From Candidatus Woesebacteria bacterium GW2011_GWB1_38_8b (lineage in GTDB: Bacteria > Patescibacteriota > Microgenomatia > UBA8517), in NCBI GenBank assembly GCA_000993115.1, contig LBVN01000018.1, positions 1 through 51,584 on the forward strand: DNA of 51,584 bases, given 5' to 3'. Shown piece after piece: positions 39,321-48,570 of the stretch (position 1 is its first letter; each line of letters begins with the position of its first letter). Under the pieces are notes generated by a model. The model was not told the DNA's origin, made no database searches, and saw only the letters and a program-made list of their open reading frames with translations. The position numbers and the translations under genes are program-made.

Positions 39321-40460
39321 TCACTTTTTGCTCCAGGGAAGTTTCCAGGTCTTCCAGATTACCGCGTTATACATGAAATAGTTATACGGAAGTACTAATA
39401 ACAAAATAATAATGGGCAGAAGCAGTTGTCTTTTGTCCGCACCCAGGAAATAAACACCTATTGTTCCGAAAACCGCCTGAATTGCGAGGGCTCCGAGTGA
39501 CGTTCCGTTAAACTGCAGGAATTTTGAAAGTAATTTTCCGACTCCTGTTATTTTCTCCGACTTAAAAGTCCAGAGATTATTTAAAATAAAATTAGAAATT
39601 ATCGCCATTTCTGTCGCCGCCGCCCAGATTCCCCATTCGGGAAATGCAGTCCGGCCAAAAAGCTCCAGTCCTAGCGCATTAACGACGTAACCAATAAAGC
39701 CTACAGTACCAAATTTTATAAATCTGGCTTTATCTTTTATACCCAAATAAGTTGCCAACTTGAGTGATGCCAATGTTTCCGCTTGGTTAAATTTAGACTT
39801 GTCAGTAATTCTGGGACGAAATTCTAAAGGGACTTCAACGGTTTTCTTGGAATTTTTAATACTTTGATAAATTAGATCAATTTTGTACGCAAACCGCGTT
39901 GGCTCTTTTAGGTTATCTAAATCAATTTTGTCTAAAACACCTTTGACTTTTGTAAGTCTAAAACCCGTTGTTAAATCATGAATTCCCGGTTTAAGAAGTA
40001 CTATTCTTATATAAAGATTTCCAAAATAACTTACAGCTTTTCTGAAAAGCGCCCACTCTTTCGGAATTGAGCCACCTTTTACATAACGCGACCCGATAAC
40101 ATATTCTGCGCCAGCTAAATATGCATCCACCATCGGCTTTACAAATTCAGGCGGATGTTGACCGTCAGCATCCATTTCCATCACGGCATCAGCTTCCAAT
40201 TTATCAACGGCATATTTAAATCCGGAGATATAAGCATTTCCCAATCCTTTGCCTGTTTGTTGGACAATATGAAGGTTTTTTCTTTCCTTCATTTCTTCTT
40301 CGATTATTTCGGTCATACCGTCCGTGGATTTGTTGTCGGCAACAAGAAGATGCATGTCTGCATCTATTTTTGGAAATACTTCGTCAAACAAAGTATTGAC
40401 CATCTTTTTAATATTTTCCGCCTCATTCCAAGCGGCCATAACAATCACTACTTTATCCAT
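39321..40460 (-). CDS. DPM1-like polyprenol-phosphate glycosyltransferase fused to a C-terminal GtrA domain
   Basis: WNEAEN, DNKSTDG, GLGNAY, EMDADGQH, IGSRY, DLTTGFR; C-terminal RFIKFGTVG...VN...NFILNNLWTF. Confidence 0.92.
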   Translation of the reverse strand: MDKVVIVMAAWNEAENIKKMVNTLFDEVFPKIDADMHLLVADNKSTDGMTEIIEEEMKERKNLHIVQQTGKGLGNAYISGFKYAVDKLEADAVMEMDADGQHPPEFVKPMVDAYLAGAEYVIGSRYVKGGSIPKEWALFRKAVSYFGNLYIRIVLLKPGIHDLTTGFRLTKVKGVLDKIDLDNLKEPTRFAYKIDLIYQSIKNSKKTVEVPLEFRPRITDKSKFNQAETLASLKLATYLGIKDKARFIKFGTVGFIGYVVNALGLELFGRTAFPEWGIWAAATEMAIISNFILNNLWTFKSEKITGVGKLLSKFLQFNGTSLGALAIQAVFGTIGVYFLGADKRQLLLPIIILLLVLPYNYFMYNAVIWKTWKLPWSKK

Positions 40461-40466
40461 ATGCTA

Positions 40467-40495
40467 ATGTTAACTAAGAATTAGTATAAATACAA
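40467..40495 (-). promoter_or_regulatory. Sigma70-type promoter; -10 lies 6 nt from the ATG at 40460 (leaderless)
   Basis: Minus strand TTGTAT, 17 bp, TAACAT, TAGCAT, ATG. Confidence 0.6.
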
Positions 40496-40505
40496 GAAAT
40501 AAGTA

Positions 40506-40778
40506 TTAAGTTGTGGTTTTTGTATTATTTTCAATAAATGCCAAGAGTTCGGTTGAATTACTGGGAACAAACATTCGGTTTCTGAGAATGTGTTCTTTAT
40601 CCGGAGTAGCCACGAGGTCGCCCCTAAGTGTGCATCGTTTATAAAGTGGACAACCCAGCTCCCTGCAGAACCCAGTATCATCTCCAATATGAGAATCACG
40701 ACCATCAAATTGTATTTTTGCATACCCATTATTTTTACGGGCTACTTTTAAAACCTTGCATACCGTATTTTCTATCAT
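40506..40778 (-). CDS. Hypothetical protein (90 aa, four Cys)
   Basis: ATG-started ORF filling the gap, co-oriented; no recognisable family. Confidence 0.45.
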   Translation of the reverse strand: MIENTVCKVLKVARKNNGYAKIQFDGRDSHIGDDTGFCRELGCPLYKRCTLRGDLVATPDKEHILRNRMFVPSNSTELLAFIENNTKTTT

Positions 40779-40798
40779 TTCTAAATTTTCAAAATTAA

Positions 40799-40870
40799 CT
40801 ACTCACACCGAATAGCCTCAATACTTCGACAGGTTCAACATTCCGGCTATTCGTAACGAATTGCCTCAAT
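40799..40870 (+). repeat. 24-bp direct repeats (19/24) duplicating the permease 3' end around a degenerate REP-like core
   Basis: 40799-40822 (IEAIRCE*) vs 40847-40870 (IEAIRYE*); spacer ACTTCGACAGGTTCAACATTCCGG. Confidence 0.75.
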
Positions 40871-42058
40871 TGGGGACAGTTTTGCCGCACGGCGAGCAGG
40901 AAAAACTCCGAAGAAAACTCCGATTGCCGAAGGGACAATAAACGAAACCAGGACGGCAAGTAAATTAACACTTGCCGGAAAAAAAGTCCTGATTGCAAAA
41001 ACTGAGAGCGATGCGAAAAGAAGTCCCAAGATTCCGCCAAAAATTGAAAGCATAAGCGATTCAGTTAAAAACTGTTGTAAAATATCATTTTGAGTGGCAC
41101 CAACTGCACGTCTTATACCGATTTCTTTCGTTCGCTCCGTAACTGTTGCATACATGATGTTCATAATTCCTACTCCTCCAACCAAAAGTGAAATTGATCC
41201 AATTGCAATTAAAACCATATTTATTATTCCGAAAATCTGATTTATAGAATTTAAAAGCTCGGACTGCTCAGTCACCGCAAAATCATCCGCTTTATAACGC
41301 TTCAGCAAAGCTTCCTCGGCTTTTGCTTTTACCGTCGGCAAAATATCATCGGATTTTATTCCAAGATAAATTGCCCAAAATTTCTTGTCGGGATTAATAC
41401 TTGCGTACGTTGTCCGAAACGGAACATATAACGCCCCATCAGCTTGTTGGTCACCTTTTTTCTTTGCTACCCCCACAATCTTAAATCTTTGATCATTTAC
41501 CCGTACTGTTTTCCCCAATGCATCAGACGGATTTCCGTACAATTTTTCAGCCAATGTATATCCAATTACAGATACTTTAGTTGCGGCCTGAATATCTGTT
41601 TTTGTAAACTCCGTACCGTATTCCATCTCAACATTCATCAGCTTAAAAGCATCATCATTTATTCCCATTACATATCCGAACTTTTTATCGCTATCTCCCT
41701 CAATTGAAGCACCTTTCATAACTATCGGTACTATATAATCAATCTCGGAAATACGCTCCAAGGTGTTTAAATCCCTTTCGTCAAAACTGACACCCCCGAC
41801 CGTTCCTTGTCCGCCAAATCCTGCTCCTCCTTCACCTGTAAATCCGCTTCCGGGTAAAATCATAATTAAATTTGCCCCCATGCTATTAAATTGTCCTTCA
41901 ATATAATTTTTTAAGCCTAATCCCAATGCAATAAGTAACACCACCGAGTAAACTCCTATCATAATTCCCAAAGAAGTTAAAATTGTTCTAACTTTGTTTC
42001 TTCGGAAATCGGATAAGGCAGTTTTAACTAAATGAACGTAGCCGTTTTGTATTTTCAT
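40847..42058 (-). CDS. MacB/FtsX-type ABC transporter permease
   Basis: RTILTSLGIMIG, ISLLVGGVGIMNIM..TVTERTKEIGIRRAVGA, PARRAAKLSPIEAIRYE motifs. Confidence 0.95.
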   Translation of the reverse strand: MKIQNGYVHLVKTALSDFRRNKVRTILTSLGIMIGVYSVVLLIALGLGLKNYIEGQFNSMGANLIMILPGSGFTGEGGAGFGGQGTVGGVSFDERDLNTLERISEIDYIVPIVMKGASIEGDSDKKFGYVMGINDDAFKLMNVEMEYGTEFTKTDIQAATKVSVIGYTLAEKLYGNPSDALGKTVRVNDQRFKIVGVAKKKGDQQADGALYVPFRTTYASINPDKKFWAIYLGIKSDDILPTVKAKAEEALLKRYKADDFAVTEQSELLNSINQIFGIINMVLIAIGSISLLVGGVGIMNIMYATVTERTKEIGIRRAVGATQNDILQQFLTESLMLSIFGGILGLLFASLSVFAIRTFFPASVNLLAVLVSFIVPSAIGVFFGVFPARRAAKLSPIEAIRYE

Positions 42059-42732
42059 AAATATTTCTCTACGACTTTTCCGTCTTTTATATAAATTTGT
42101 CTTTTTGTTTTTGCCGCAATATCGTGTTCATGAGTAACTAAAATTACAGTAACGCCGAATTCTTTATTCAAATTCTTTAATATATCCAAAATTTCATCAC
42201 CTGTTTTGCTATCAAGATTTCCCGTCGGTTCGTCCGCCAGAATAATTTTCGGATTCATAATCAACGCTCTTGCAATTGCAACCCTTTGCTGCTGTCCACC
42301 GGAAATCTTATTAGGGTAAAAATTTCTTCGCTCTAATATTCCGAATCTTTTAAGTAGTTCCATTGCTTTTTCCGTAAAATCCTGAGGTGTTCGTTCTTTT
42401 GAATATTTTGTCGGAAGAAGTACGTTTTCCAAAACCGTAAATCGGTTTATCAAATTAAACGATTGGAAGACAAATCCGACTGTTTTATTTCTGATTTTAG
42501 AAAGCTCCGCATCGGTAAGTTTTGATATATCTTTTCCATCCAAAATTATTTTACCTGAAGTAGGCAGTTCCAAAAGTCCGATAATATGCATTAAAGTTGA
42601 TTTTCCGGATCCGGACGAGCCTAAAATACCAATGAACTCCTTTTCCTTTATTTCAAGGTTTATATCAACAACCGCGTTTACAATATCTTCTCCCAAAGAA
42701 TAAATTTTACTGACGTTTTGAAGACTAATCAT
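42055..42732 (-). CDS. ABC transporter ATP-binding protein (MacB/LolD type)
   Basis: Walker [40 protein letters not shown]. Confidence 0.97.
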   Translation of the reverse strand: MISLQNVSKIYSLGEDIVNAVVDINLEIKEKEFIGILGSSGSGKSTLMHIIGLLELPTSGKIILDGKDISKLTDAELSKIRNKTVGFVFQSFNLINRFTVLENVLLPTKYSKERTPQDFTEKAMELLKRFGILERRNFYPNKISGGQQQRVAIARALIMNPKIILADEPTGNLDSKTGDEILDILKNLNKEFGVTVILVTHEHDIAAKTKRQIYIKDGKVVEKYL

Positions 42733-42758
42733 AAGTAGAGCTTGTGATTAACTTTTTG

Positions 42759-43826
42759 TTAATCAAAAACAGTTTGTCCTTCGTTAACACCACTTTTAAT
42801 TTCTATCGCATCTTCGCCCTCCAAACCTGTTTCAACGTAAACCTTACTCTTTTTACGGTCTAGTTTGACGTATTTTCCCTTACTGTCTGTCTTTACATAT
42901 TTCGGAGGCAAATACAAAACGTCACTGACTTTAGACATTATGAATTTTGCATCACCGCCTAAGCCAATTCTGAATTTTTCGATGTCGGTATTTAAACTAT
43001 CTGCAAATTTAATTTTAACTTTGTAGGCTGTTCCTGTGTCACCAATTCGGGGGGTATACGAAACAAAAGTTACAATCCCATCGTAAGTATCATTTGGGTA
43101 GGAATCAATTACAATTCTTACCGTCTGACCAACTTTAATATTTATAACTTCTGTCTGGTCTGCGCTGACATTAAAATACATTGTTTGGGGGTTTATAACT
43201 TCAAACTGAGTCTGTGCATAAATTACATTAATTCCGGAAAACGGTGCTGTAACTGAAGTAACTACTCCCTCAAACGGAGAGTGCAGTGTTGCATTTTTTA
43301 AATTGTCTTCTGCGATTTTAACTGCTTCATAAGCGCGATCTTTTGTAACTTCAGCTGTGGTTCTTGTGTCTTTTTGAACGAAGGTTTCATCACCTGAATG
43401 ATCTTTAACTTGGTTATGAATGTTTTCGACAGTTGCATCAGCGGCACGTAGAGCGGAAAGCGCTTGCTGATACGCGGCATTAAGCGAAGTTGTGTCCAGC
43501 TTTCCCAAAGCCTGTCCTTTTTTTACTTTATCTCCTTCTTTCACTCCAACCCAGGAAACTTTTCCGCTCACCGGATAAGAAAGTGCAACATACTCGTCCG
43601 CGTCAATTTTTCCTGATAAAATCAACTCTTCTCGTACTTCACCCCGCTTTACCTCTGTGGACTGGCTCCCGTTTTTACCATTTTTCGACGCCACTCCTCT
43701 ATAAACAAAAAACCCGATTGCCAAAATAATAAACAGGGCTACAAGTAGTTTTTTTCTTTTAAGGATTTTATTAATAAGAGACTCTTTTTCTTTTGAATTT
43801 TCTTTATCTTTCATTTTTTGATTCAC
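42759..43826 (-). CDS. Efflux periplasmic adaptor subunit (MacA/HlyD family)
   Basis: N-terminal TM, lipoyl motifs VSGKV..VGVKEGDKVKKGQ and ATLHSPFEGVV; start could be 43814. Confidence 0.9.
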   Translation of the reverse strand: MNQKMKDKENSKEKESLINKILKRKKLLVALFIILAIGFFVYRGVASKNGKNGSQSTEVKRGEVREELILSGKIDADEYVALSYPVSGKVSWVGVKEGDKVKKGQALGKLDTTSLNAAYQQALSALRAADATVENIHNQVKDHSGDETFVQKDTRTTAEVTKDRAYEAVKIAEDNLKNATLHSPFEGVVTSVTAPFSGINVIYAQTQFEVINPQTMYFNVSADQTEVINIKVGQTVRIVIDSYPNDTYDGIVTFVSYTPRIGDTGTAYKVKIKFADSLNTDIEKFRIGLGGDAKFIMSKVSDVLYLPPKYVKTDSKGKYVKLDRKKSKVYVETGLEGEDAIEIKSGVNEGQTVFD

Positions 43827-43958
43827 CCTGCATTTATTTGGCAGTGTACATCTACAAATAAAGCTATCAGGGAAAACTACAAAGCAATTCTACATCAAAT
43901 GACGCATAGTAAGCAAGCTCGGTCATGATACATAATAAAGAAATTTAGCCGGAATTCT

Positions 43959-44612
43959 TTAGGGGCTTTTTGTAGTCACGGCAAACGCAATCACTAACCA
44001 TATTACAATTATGCTTAGAAAAAAAGTTGGGCTTTCTAAATTCTGCTTCGCAAAACCTGAAAACCTCGATAATAAAATGGCAACCAAGAAACCGTACGGT
44101 AGCATAAAGATTGGTACGATAAAAATCTTTTTGAAATTGTGCCTTTCCAAGCCTGCGTTAAAAAAGTAAAAAGAGAGTAAATTGGGGTGTAGCATAGATA
44201 CAAATATTCCTTTACTGTAAATTTCTGTTTTTTTCAACCTTTCCATATTAATTCCGCTTTTTGTCGAAATCCAACTCCCCACCAAATAATTAATAATCGA
44301 GGTGATCGTCAAAGCAAGATCCACGACCAAAGTAATAATTGCAAGCGAGGAAAAACTGCCATCAGAAAAAAATACAGCTAAAGCAATTATAAAAGAGCCC
44401 GGAATGTATAAACCTAAATATGCGATACTCTCCAAGAAAGTGGCTATGAATAAGCCAAAATAGCCATATACTTGATACAGGTTTTCCAAATACCTCAATA
44501 TATCCTGAGGAGTCGGTATTATTTTTATGGACCATAACGCCAATATTCCCAGATAAAAAAGGAGTGCCGTCAGAGGCAACTTGGGAATATTCTTAAGAAT
44601 TCTGAAGGTCAT
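43959..44612 (-). CDS. DedA/VTT family membrane protein
   Basis: YGYFGLFIATFLES...GLYIPGS, SIINYLVG motifs. Confidence 0.75.
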   Translation of the reverse strand: MTFRILKNIPKLPLTALLFYLGILALWSIKIIPTPQDILRYLENLYQVYGYFGLFIATFLESIAYLGLYIPGSFIIALAVFFSDGSFSSLAIITLVVDLALTITSIINYLVGSWISTKSGINMERLKKTEIYSKGIFVSMLHPNLLSFYFFNAGLERHNFKKIFIVPIFMLPYGFLVAILLSRFSGFAKQNLESPTFFLSIIVIWLVIAFAVTTKSP

Positions 44613-44618
44613 ACATTA

Positions 44619-44627
44619 ACTATACCA
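44619..44627 (-). promoter_or_regulatory. Extended -10 (TGgTATAGT) 6 nt upstream of the DedA ATG
   Basis: Minus strand TGG-TATAGT-TAATGT-ATG. Confidence 0.55.
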
Positions 44628-45375
44628 AACCGACAACGCATGCAAATCTGCCTTGCTTATCATGTGGCAATATATTCTGACGGTAATGGGAAAAAAAGCG
44701 GTTGTCGGTAACTGTATCAATTCCGGAGTCGTAAATATTACTATTTAAAACACCCGAATCAAGAAGTTGATGTCTGCAAAACCCCGAAACATCTACCTTA
44801 AACTTTCCATCGCCAACTTCCTCCAAAAAATCTTTCCATCTAACATCGTTTATTTGACCGGGGTTTTCTTTTATGTAATTTTCTTTCCTGGCAGATGGCC
44901 CAAATCCAACAATTAAATCTTTGGGATCCGTCCTATATACTTCTTCCATGCGATTTAAAGTCTTTTTAACAATTTCCAAATCCGCCCCGCGCCAACCTAC
45001 ATGAACAATTCCCAATGCTTTATTCTTTGGGTCGAATAATATTACTTGCAAACAATCAGCAATAAGAAGAAATAAAAATAAATTTCTTTGTTTTGTAATT
45101 AACGCGTCACAGCGAACCGCGTGTTCTTTATCCGTCATGCTTATTCCGGCTTGCATTGGGTCGGCAACCAAAACCCGATCTTCTCCTTCAACCCAAATTC
45201 CGATTGTTTTATTTATATCTATACCAATTTTTTCAAAAAACTTTTTTCTATTTTCGGATACTTTATCTTTGTCAGCTGCCTGACCGTTAAAAAAATAAGA
45301 TAAATTCCCGTCCTTTGCGTCCGATATTGTATGGAATAAGTTTGGATATTTTAAAAGATTTGGAATTTGTACCAT
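44620..45375 (-). CDS. pgeF: PgeF/YfiH (laccase-domain, purine nucleoside phosphorylase-like) family protein
   Basis: CDALIT, IADCLQVIL, VHVGWRG, GPSA, FFSHYR, GRF motifs; start at MVQIP. Confidence 0.85.
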   Translation of the reverse strand: MVQIPNLLKYPNLFHTISDAKDGNLSYFFNGQAADKDKVSENRKKFFEKIGIDINKTIGIWVEGEDRVLVADPMQAGISMTDKEHAVRCDALITKQRNLFLFLLIADCLQVILFDPKNKALGIVHVGWRGADLEIVKKTLNRMEEVYRTDPKDLIVGFGPSARKENYIKENPGQINDVRWKDFLEEVGDGKFKVDVSGFCRHQLLDSGVLNSNIYDSGIDTVTDNRFFSHYRQNILPHDKQGRFACVVGLV

Positions 45376-45397
45376 CACATAAAGTATAATAGAGTAA
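45376..45397. promoter_or_regulatory. Overlapping back-to-back -10 elements for divergent pgeF and trmD
   Basis: Plus strand TATAAT (45385-45390) is 7 nt from ATG 45398; minus strand TATACT (45383-45388) is 7 nt from ATG 45375. Confidence 0.6.
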
Positions 45398-46123
45398 ATG
45401 AAAATTGATATTATTACAATTTTTCCCTCAATGTTTACCGGACCTTTTGATACCTCGATGTTAAAAAAGGCAAAAGATAAAGGAGCCGTCGAAATTAACA
45501 TTCATGATTTGCGTCGCTGGAGCAGTGATAAACATAAAACAGTAGATGACAGACCGTTTGGAGGCGGCATGGGAATGGTACTGAAAGTGGAGCCGATTTA
45601 CAAAGCACTCGAAGATTTAAAGTTAAAAAGGAAAAAAGGTAAATGCAAAGTAGTTTTGCTCTCTCCTGCAGGTACAACTTTTAATCAACATAAAGCAGTC
45701 GATTTCTCAGGGCTTGACCATTTAATTTTTATCTGCGGACACTATGAAGGAGTTGATCAAAGAGTTGCTGACAATTTGGTTGATGAATCGGTTTCGATCG
45801 GAGACTATGTTTTGACCGGAGGAGAAATCCCTACAATGGCAATCGTCGATTCTGTAGTTAGGTTACTACCAGGAGTATTAGAGATCGAAGCAACATTAAA
45901 AGAGTCTTTTTCGTCCACAGAAACCCAAAAACCTACAACTTACCACTTACACCCCACAACTTATTTGGATTACCCCGTCTATACCCGCCCGGCAAAATTT
46001 AAAAACTGGGGAGTTCCGGAAATTTTACTTAAAGGAAATCATAAAGAAATTGAGGGTTGGCGCCACAGTGAAGCGCATAGGTTAACCAAAAAAATCAGGC
46101 CTGATTTAATTAAAGATAATTAA
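45398..46123 (+). CDS. trmD: tRNA (guanine37-N1)-methyltransferase TrmD
   Basis: [53 protein letters not shown] motifs. Confidence 0.98.
   Translation: MKIDIITIFPSMFTGPFDTSMLKKAKDKGAVEINIHDLRRWSSDKHKTVDDRPFGGGMGMVLKVEPIYKALEDLKLKRKKGKCKVVLLSPAGTTFNQHKAVDFSGLDHLIFICGHYEGVDQRVADNLVDESVSIGDYVLTGGEIPTMAIVDSVVRLLPGVLEIEATLKESFSSTETQKPTTYHLHPTTYLDYPVYTRPAKFKNWGVPEILLKGNHKEIEGWRHSEAHRLTKKIRPDLIKDN
45932..45966 (+). repeat. 5 x 7-nt CYTACNN array inside trmD
   Basis: CCTACAA CTTACCA CTTACAC CCCACAA CTTATTT, encoding [12 protein letters not shown] between ESFS and DYPVYTRP. Confidence 0.75.
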
Positions 46124-46929
46124 CTTTGCACAATATCGACTTCTGGACGATTTAGTACCACCCGCAACCCACCTCGAATTAATCTACTGTATCTTCCACT
46201 TTTTAAATCACCTACTCCATGCTTCTCACTTTCAATTCTTCTTTGCATTTCTACTGATTCAATGGCTGGCATAATTTCGCTATCATAAATAGCAGGAAGT
46301 GAATTTTTAATTACATCTTCCGCTGGAATTAGATTAATGTTAATTTTACCCCTTCTTAGCTTTTCCATCCCTTCTAAAAAGTCTGGGTCTCTTTCATCGT
46401 CAAATATCAACCACTCCAAATTATTTATAATTGCGTCAATTCTTGGAATATGATATTCATTAGTTAATACTCCCACATCCGTACAATCGCTAAGTTGGGC
46501 AACTTTTATTAAACCGATAATTTCTGAAATCGTGTCTAGCGTGTTCGGATCACTTATTATATTGTTACGCTCTACACCTGCATATTGAAGTTCAGCAGCT
46601 ATAACTTCTGCAGGAGCTTTCTTTTCATCTTTAGGATATTTACCGCCAACAACTACTTGTAAATCCGAATTACTTTTTGAAATAACCGTCGCTGCTGCAA
46701 CTCTCATTATTCCCCCCCCAGCCATACCATGTTCTAAACCCAGATAACCTGGAGACCCATAAGCAATTTTATCTTCACTCTCGCTAACTTCCACAGAGCC
46801 GCCTGCCAGAACCCGAACCATTTGCATATTTTCAAATTTCTTCAAATATTCATTTGGCTCTTTCACAGAATATTCTTTTGCCGCTTTCAGTATCGGGTTT
46901 TCTATTACCTTTAGGTCTTCAGTTTCCAT
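46120..46929 (-). CDS. YdcF/DUF218 (ElyC/SanA-like) family protein
   Basis: [37 protein letters not shown] motifs. Confidence 0.65.
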   Translation of the reverse strand: METEDLKVIENPILKAAKEYSVKEPNEYLKKFENMQMVRVLAGGSVEVSESEDKIAYGSPGYLGLEHGMAGGGIMRVAAATVISKSNSDLQVVVGGKYPKDEKKAPAEVIAAELQYAGVERNNIISDPNTLDTISEIIGLIKVAQLSDCTDVGVLTNEYHIPRIDAIINNLEWLIFDDERDPDFLEGMEKLRRGKININLIPAEDVIKNSLPAIYDSEIMPAIESVEMQRRIESEKHGVGDLKSGRYSRLIRGGLRVVLNRPEVDIVQS

Positions 46930-46953
46930 AGAAGTAATTATATTAGAAATGAC

Positions 46954-47880
46954 TTAAGAAGTAATTCCCTGCGCAATCAGTGTGTCAATAATTTTTCTCC
47001 ATGGACTAAAATTTATCCCTAATTTTGCCTGGGTTTTTCTGACAGTTAAACCTCCAAATTTTGGATACCGCAAAGGGGAGCTGCCTGTATTTTTAATAAA
47101 TTCATCTAGTAAGATTGGCTTAACGGCATTTTTTACTCCTCTTGTCTTTTCTAATAAATAATTTACAATCTCAAACGGCGTTCCCGTGTCTGAAGAGCTC
47201 ACATGATAAATACCAAACAACTTAAGATTAATTATCTTGTCCAGTGCTTTTGCTACTTCATCAATAAAAGAGATCGAGATTGTTTGATCCGAAAATATCG
47301 GGTACAACTTTCCCTCATCGAAAAGCTTTAAGGGTTTTCGTAAATAATCAGTTTTGATTGAAAACTTTGCACGGACAGGGTAAATCATACGGACTATTGT
47401 TGCAGAATCCTGCATTTCCTCCATAACCTGTCTTTCTGCCTCAGCCTTAGTAAAACCATACCAAGTTAATTTATCCGTAGGAATACGAGGAGTTAAAGTT
47501 TCCTCATATGGACCTTTCATTTCCATGCTTCCCGGAAAAACCATATCTGTCGAAATCTGAATAAATTGTATTTTTCCTGCTAAAGGTTTAACTGCATTCA
47601 ATAAATTTTTAACGCCAACAACATTTACCTGATATGCCAAACCTTCCTTTTTATTCCGCTGTTTTTCTGCCTCACCCACATCTGTAAATGCGGCAAAATT
47701 AACTACTGCCCGAAACTCATAACTTTGAAATAAATTATAAATGTCACCTGTGTTTGTTAAATCGAGGTCCACTTGGGCAGGTGTATGAAGATAATCACGG
47801 TTTTCGGAAAGCTCCAAAAATCGTGAACCCACAAGTCCATCCGACCCTGTTACTAAAATTCTTCCGTTATTTTTATCCAT
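46954..47880 (-). CDS. rmlD: dTDP-4-dehydrorhamnose reductase-like NAD(P)-dependent oxidoreductase
   Basis: ILVTGSDGLVG, VNFAAFTDV, ISTDMVFPG, YGFTKAEAE motifs; start at MDKNNG. Confidence 0.8.
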   Translation of the reverse strand: MDKNNGRILVTGSDGLVGSRFLELSENRDYLHTPAQVDLDLTNTGDIYNLFQSYEFRAVVNFAAFTDVGEAEKQRNKKEGLAYQVNVVGVKNLLNAVKPLAGKIQFIQISTDMVFPGSMEMKGPYEETLTPRIPTDKLTWYGFTKAEAERQVMEEMQDSATIVRMIYPVRAKFSIKTDYLRKPLKLFDEGKLYPIFSDQTISISFIDEVAKALDKIINLKLFGIYHVSSSDTGTPFEIVNYLLEKTRGVKNAVKPILLDEFIKNTGSSPLRYPKFGGLTVRKTQAKLGINFSPWRKIIDTLIAQGITS

Positions 47881-48433
47881 TATTGGGTTCCCAAACTTCT
47901 TCTGAAATACAATTCCATTTAAACTTAAATTCATCAGAAGGATCAAAAACATCAGTTTGAAAATTTAAAACATCAATTGAAGGCGGAGTCAAAGCTTTCC
48001 AGCCGTGCATTATCCCGGGTGGAATTCTAAGAAGCCTAGGTTTATTAACATTAAAAAAAACGCAGTTTATATGTCCGAATGTTTTGGATTTTTTTCTTAC
48101 ATCAATTAAATTTACCTGTAATTTCCCACTAAAACAGCACAACTGGTCAGTGTGCTTTGCATGTAAATGCCAACATTTTACGACATGAAAATCAGTGCCG
48201 CTTTTATAAATGTGTTTTGGGTAGTCAAAACCCTCATTTTTTACCCAGGGTTCGCTCCAAAGCTCAATTATATCGCCTCTTCCGTCGGGAATTACATTGA
48301 GATCTTTTAAAATTACGCCAGTTATAGTTGGAGTTTTATAAATATTTTGACGAAGGAACAATCCCTTTTTTTCACTCTTTTTCAGCCAATCTTCAGTCAC
48401 ATAACTAATATCTTCAGTTTGATTAAGTTTCAT
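47873..48433 (-). CDS. rmlC: dTDP-4-dehydrorhamnose 3,5-epimerase family (cupin)
   Basis: DGRG, WHLH, D.RKKSKTFG, IPPGIMHGW motifs. Confidence 0.75.
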   Translation of the reverse strand: MKLNQTEDISYVTEDWLKKSEKKGLFLRQNIYKTPTITGVILKDLNVIPDGRGDIIELWSEPWVKNEGFDYPKHIYKSGTDFHVVKCWHLHAKHTDQLCCFSGKLQVNLIDVRKKSKTFGHINCVFFNVNKPRLLRIPPGIMHGWKALTPPSIDVLNFQTDVFDPSDEFKFKWNCISEEVWEPNNG

Positions 48434-48570
48434 TATTCGTCAATCAGAGACTATCTACTTTATACCACCCCAATCCTTGTTTTGCAAAAATATCACAACA
48501 AGATTGTTTGTAACGGCAGTTGTCTTCACTGAAACCATAATAGAGTTCCCGGTTTAACTAGTGTTTGCAA

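Noticed and set aside
48471-48506. Inverted repeat CAATC(C)TTGTT / AACAAGATTG upstream of rmlC
   Set aside because: AT-rich with a bulge and a 15-nt loop, single copy; too weak to call
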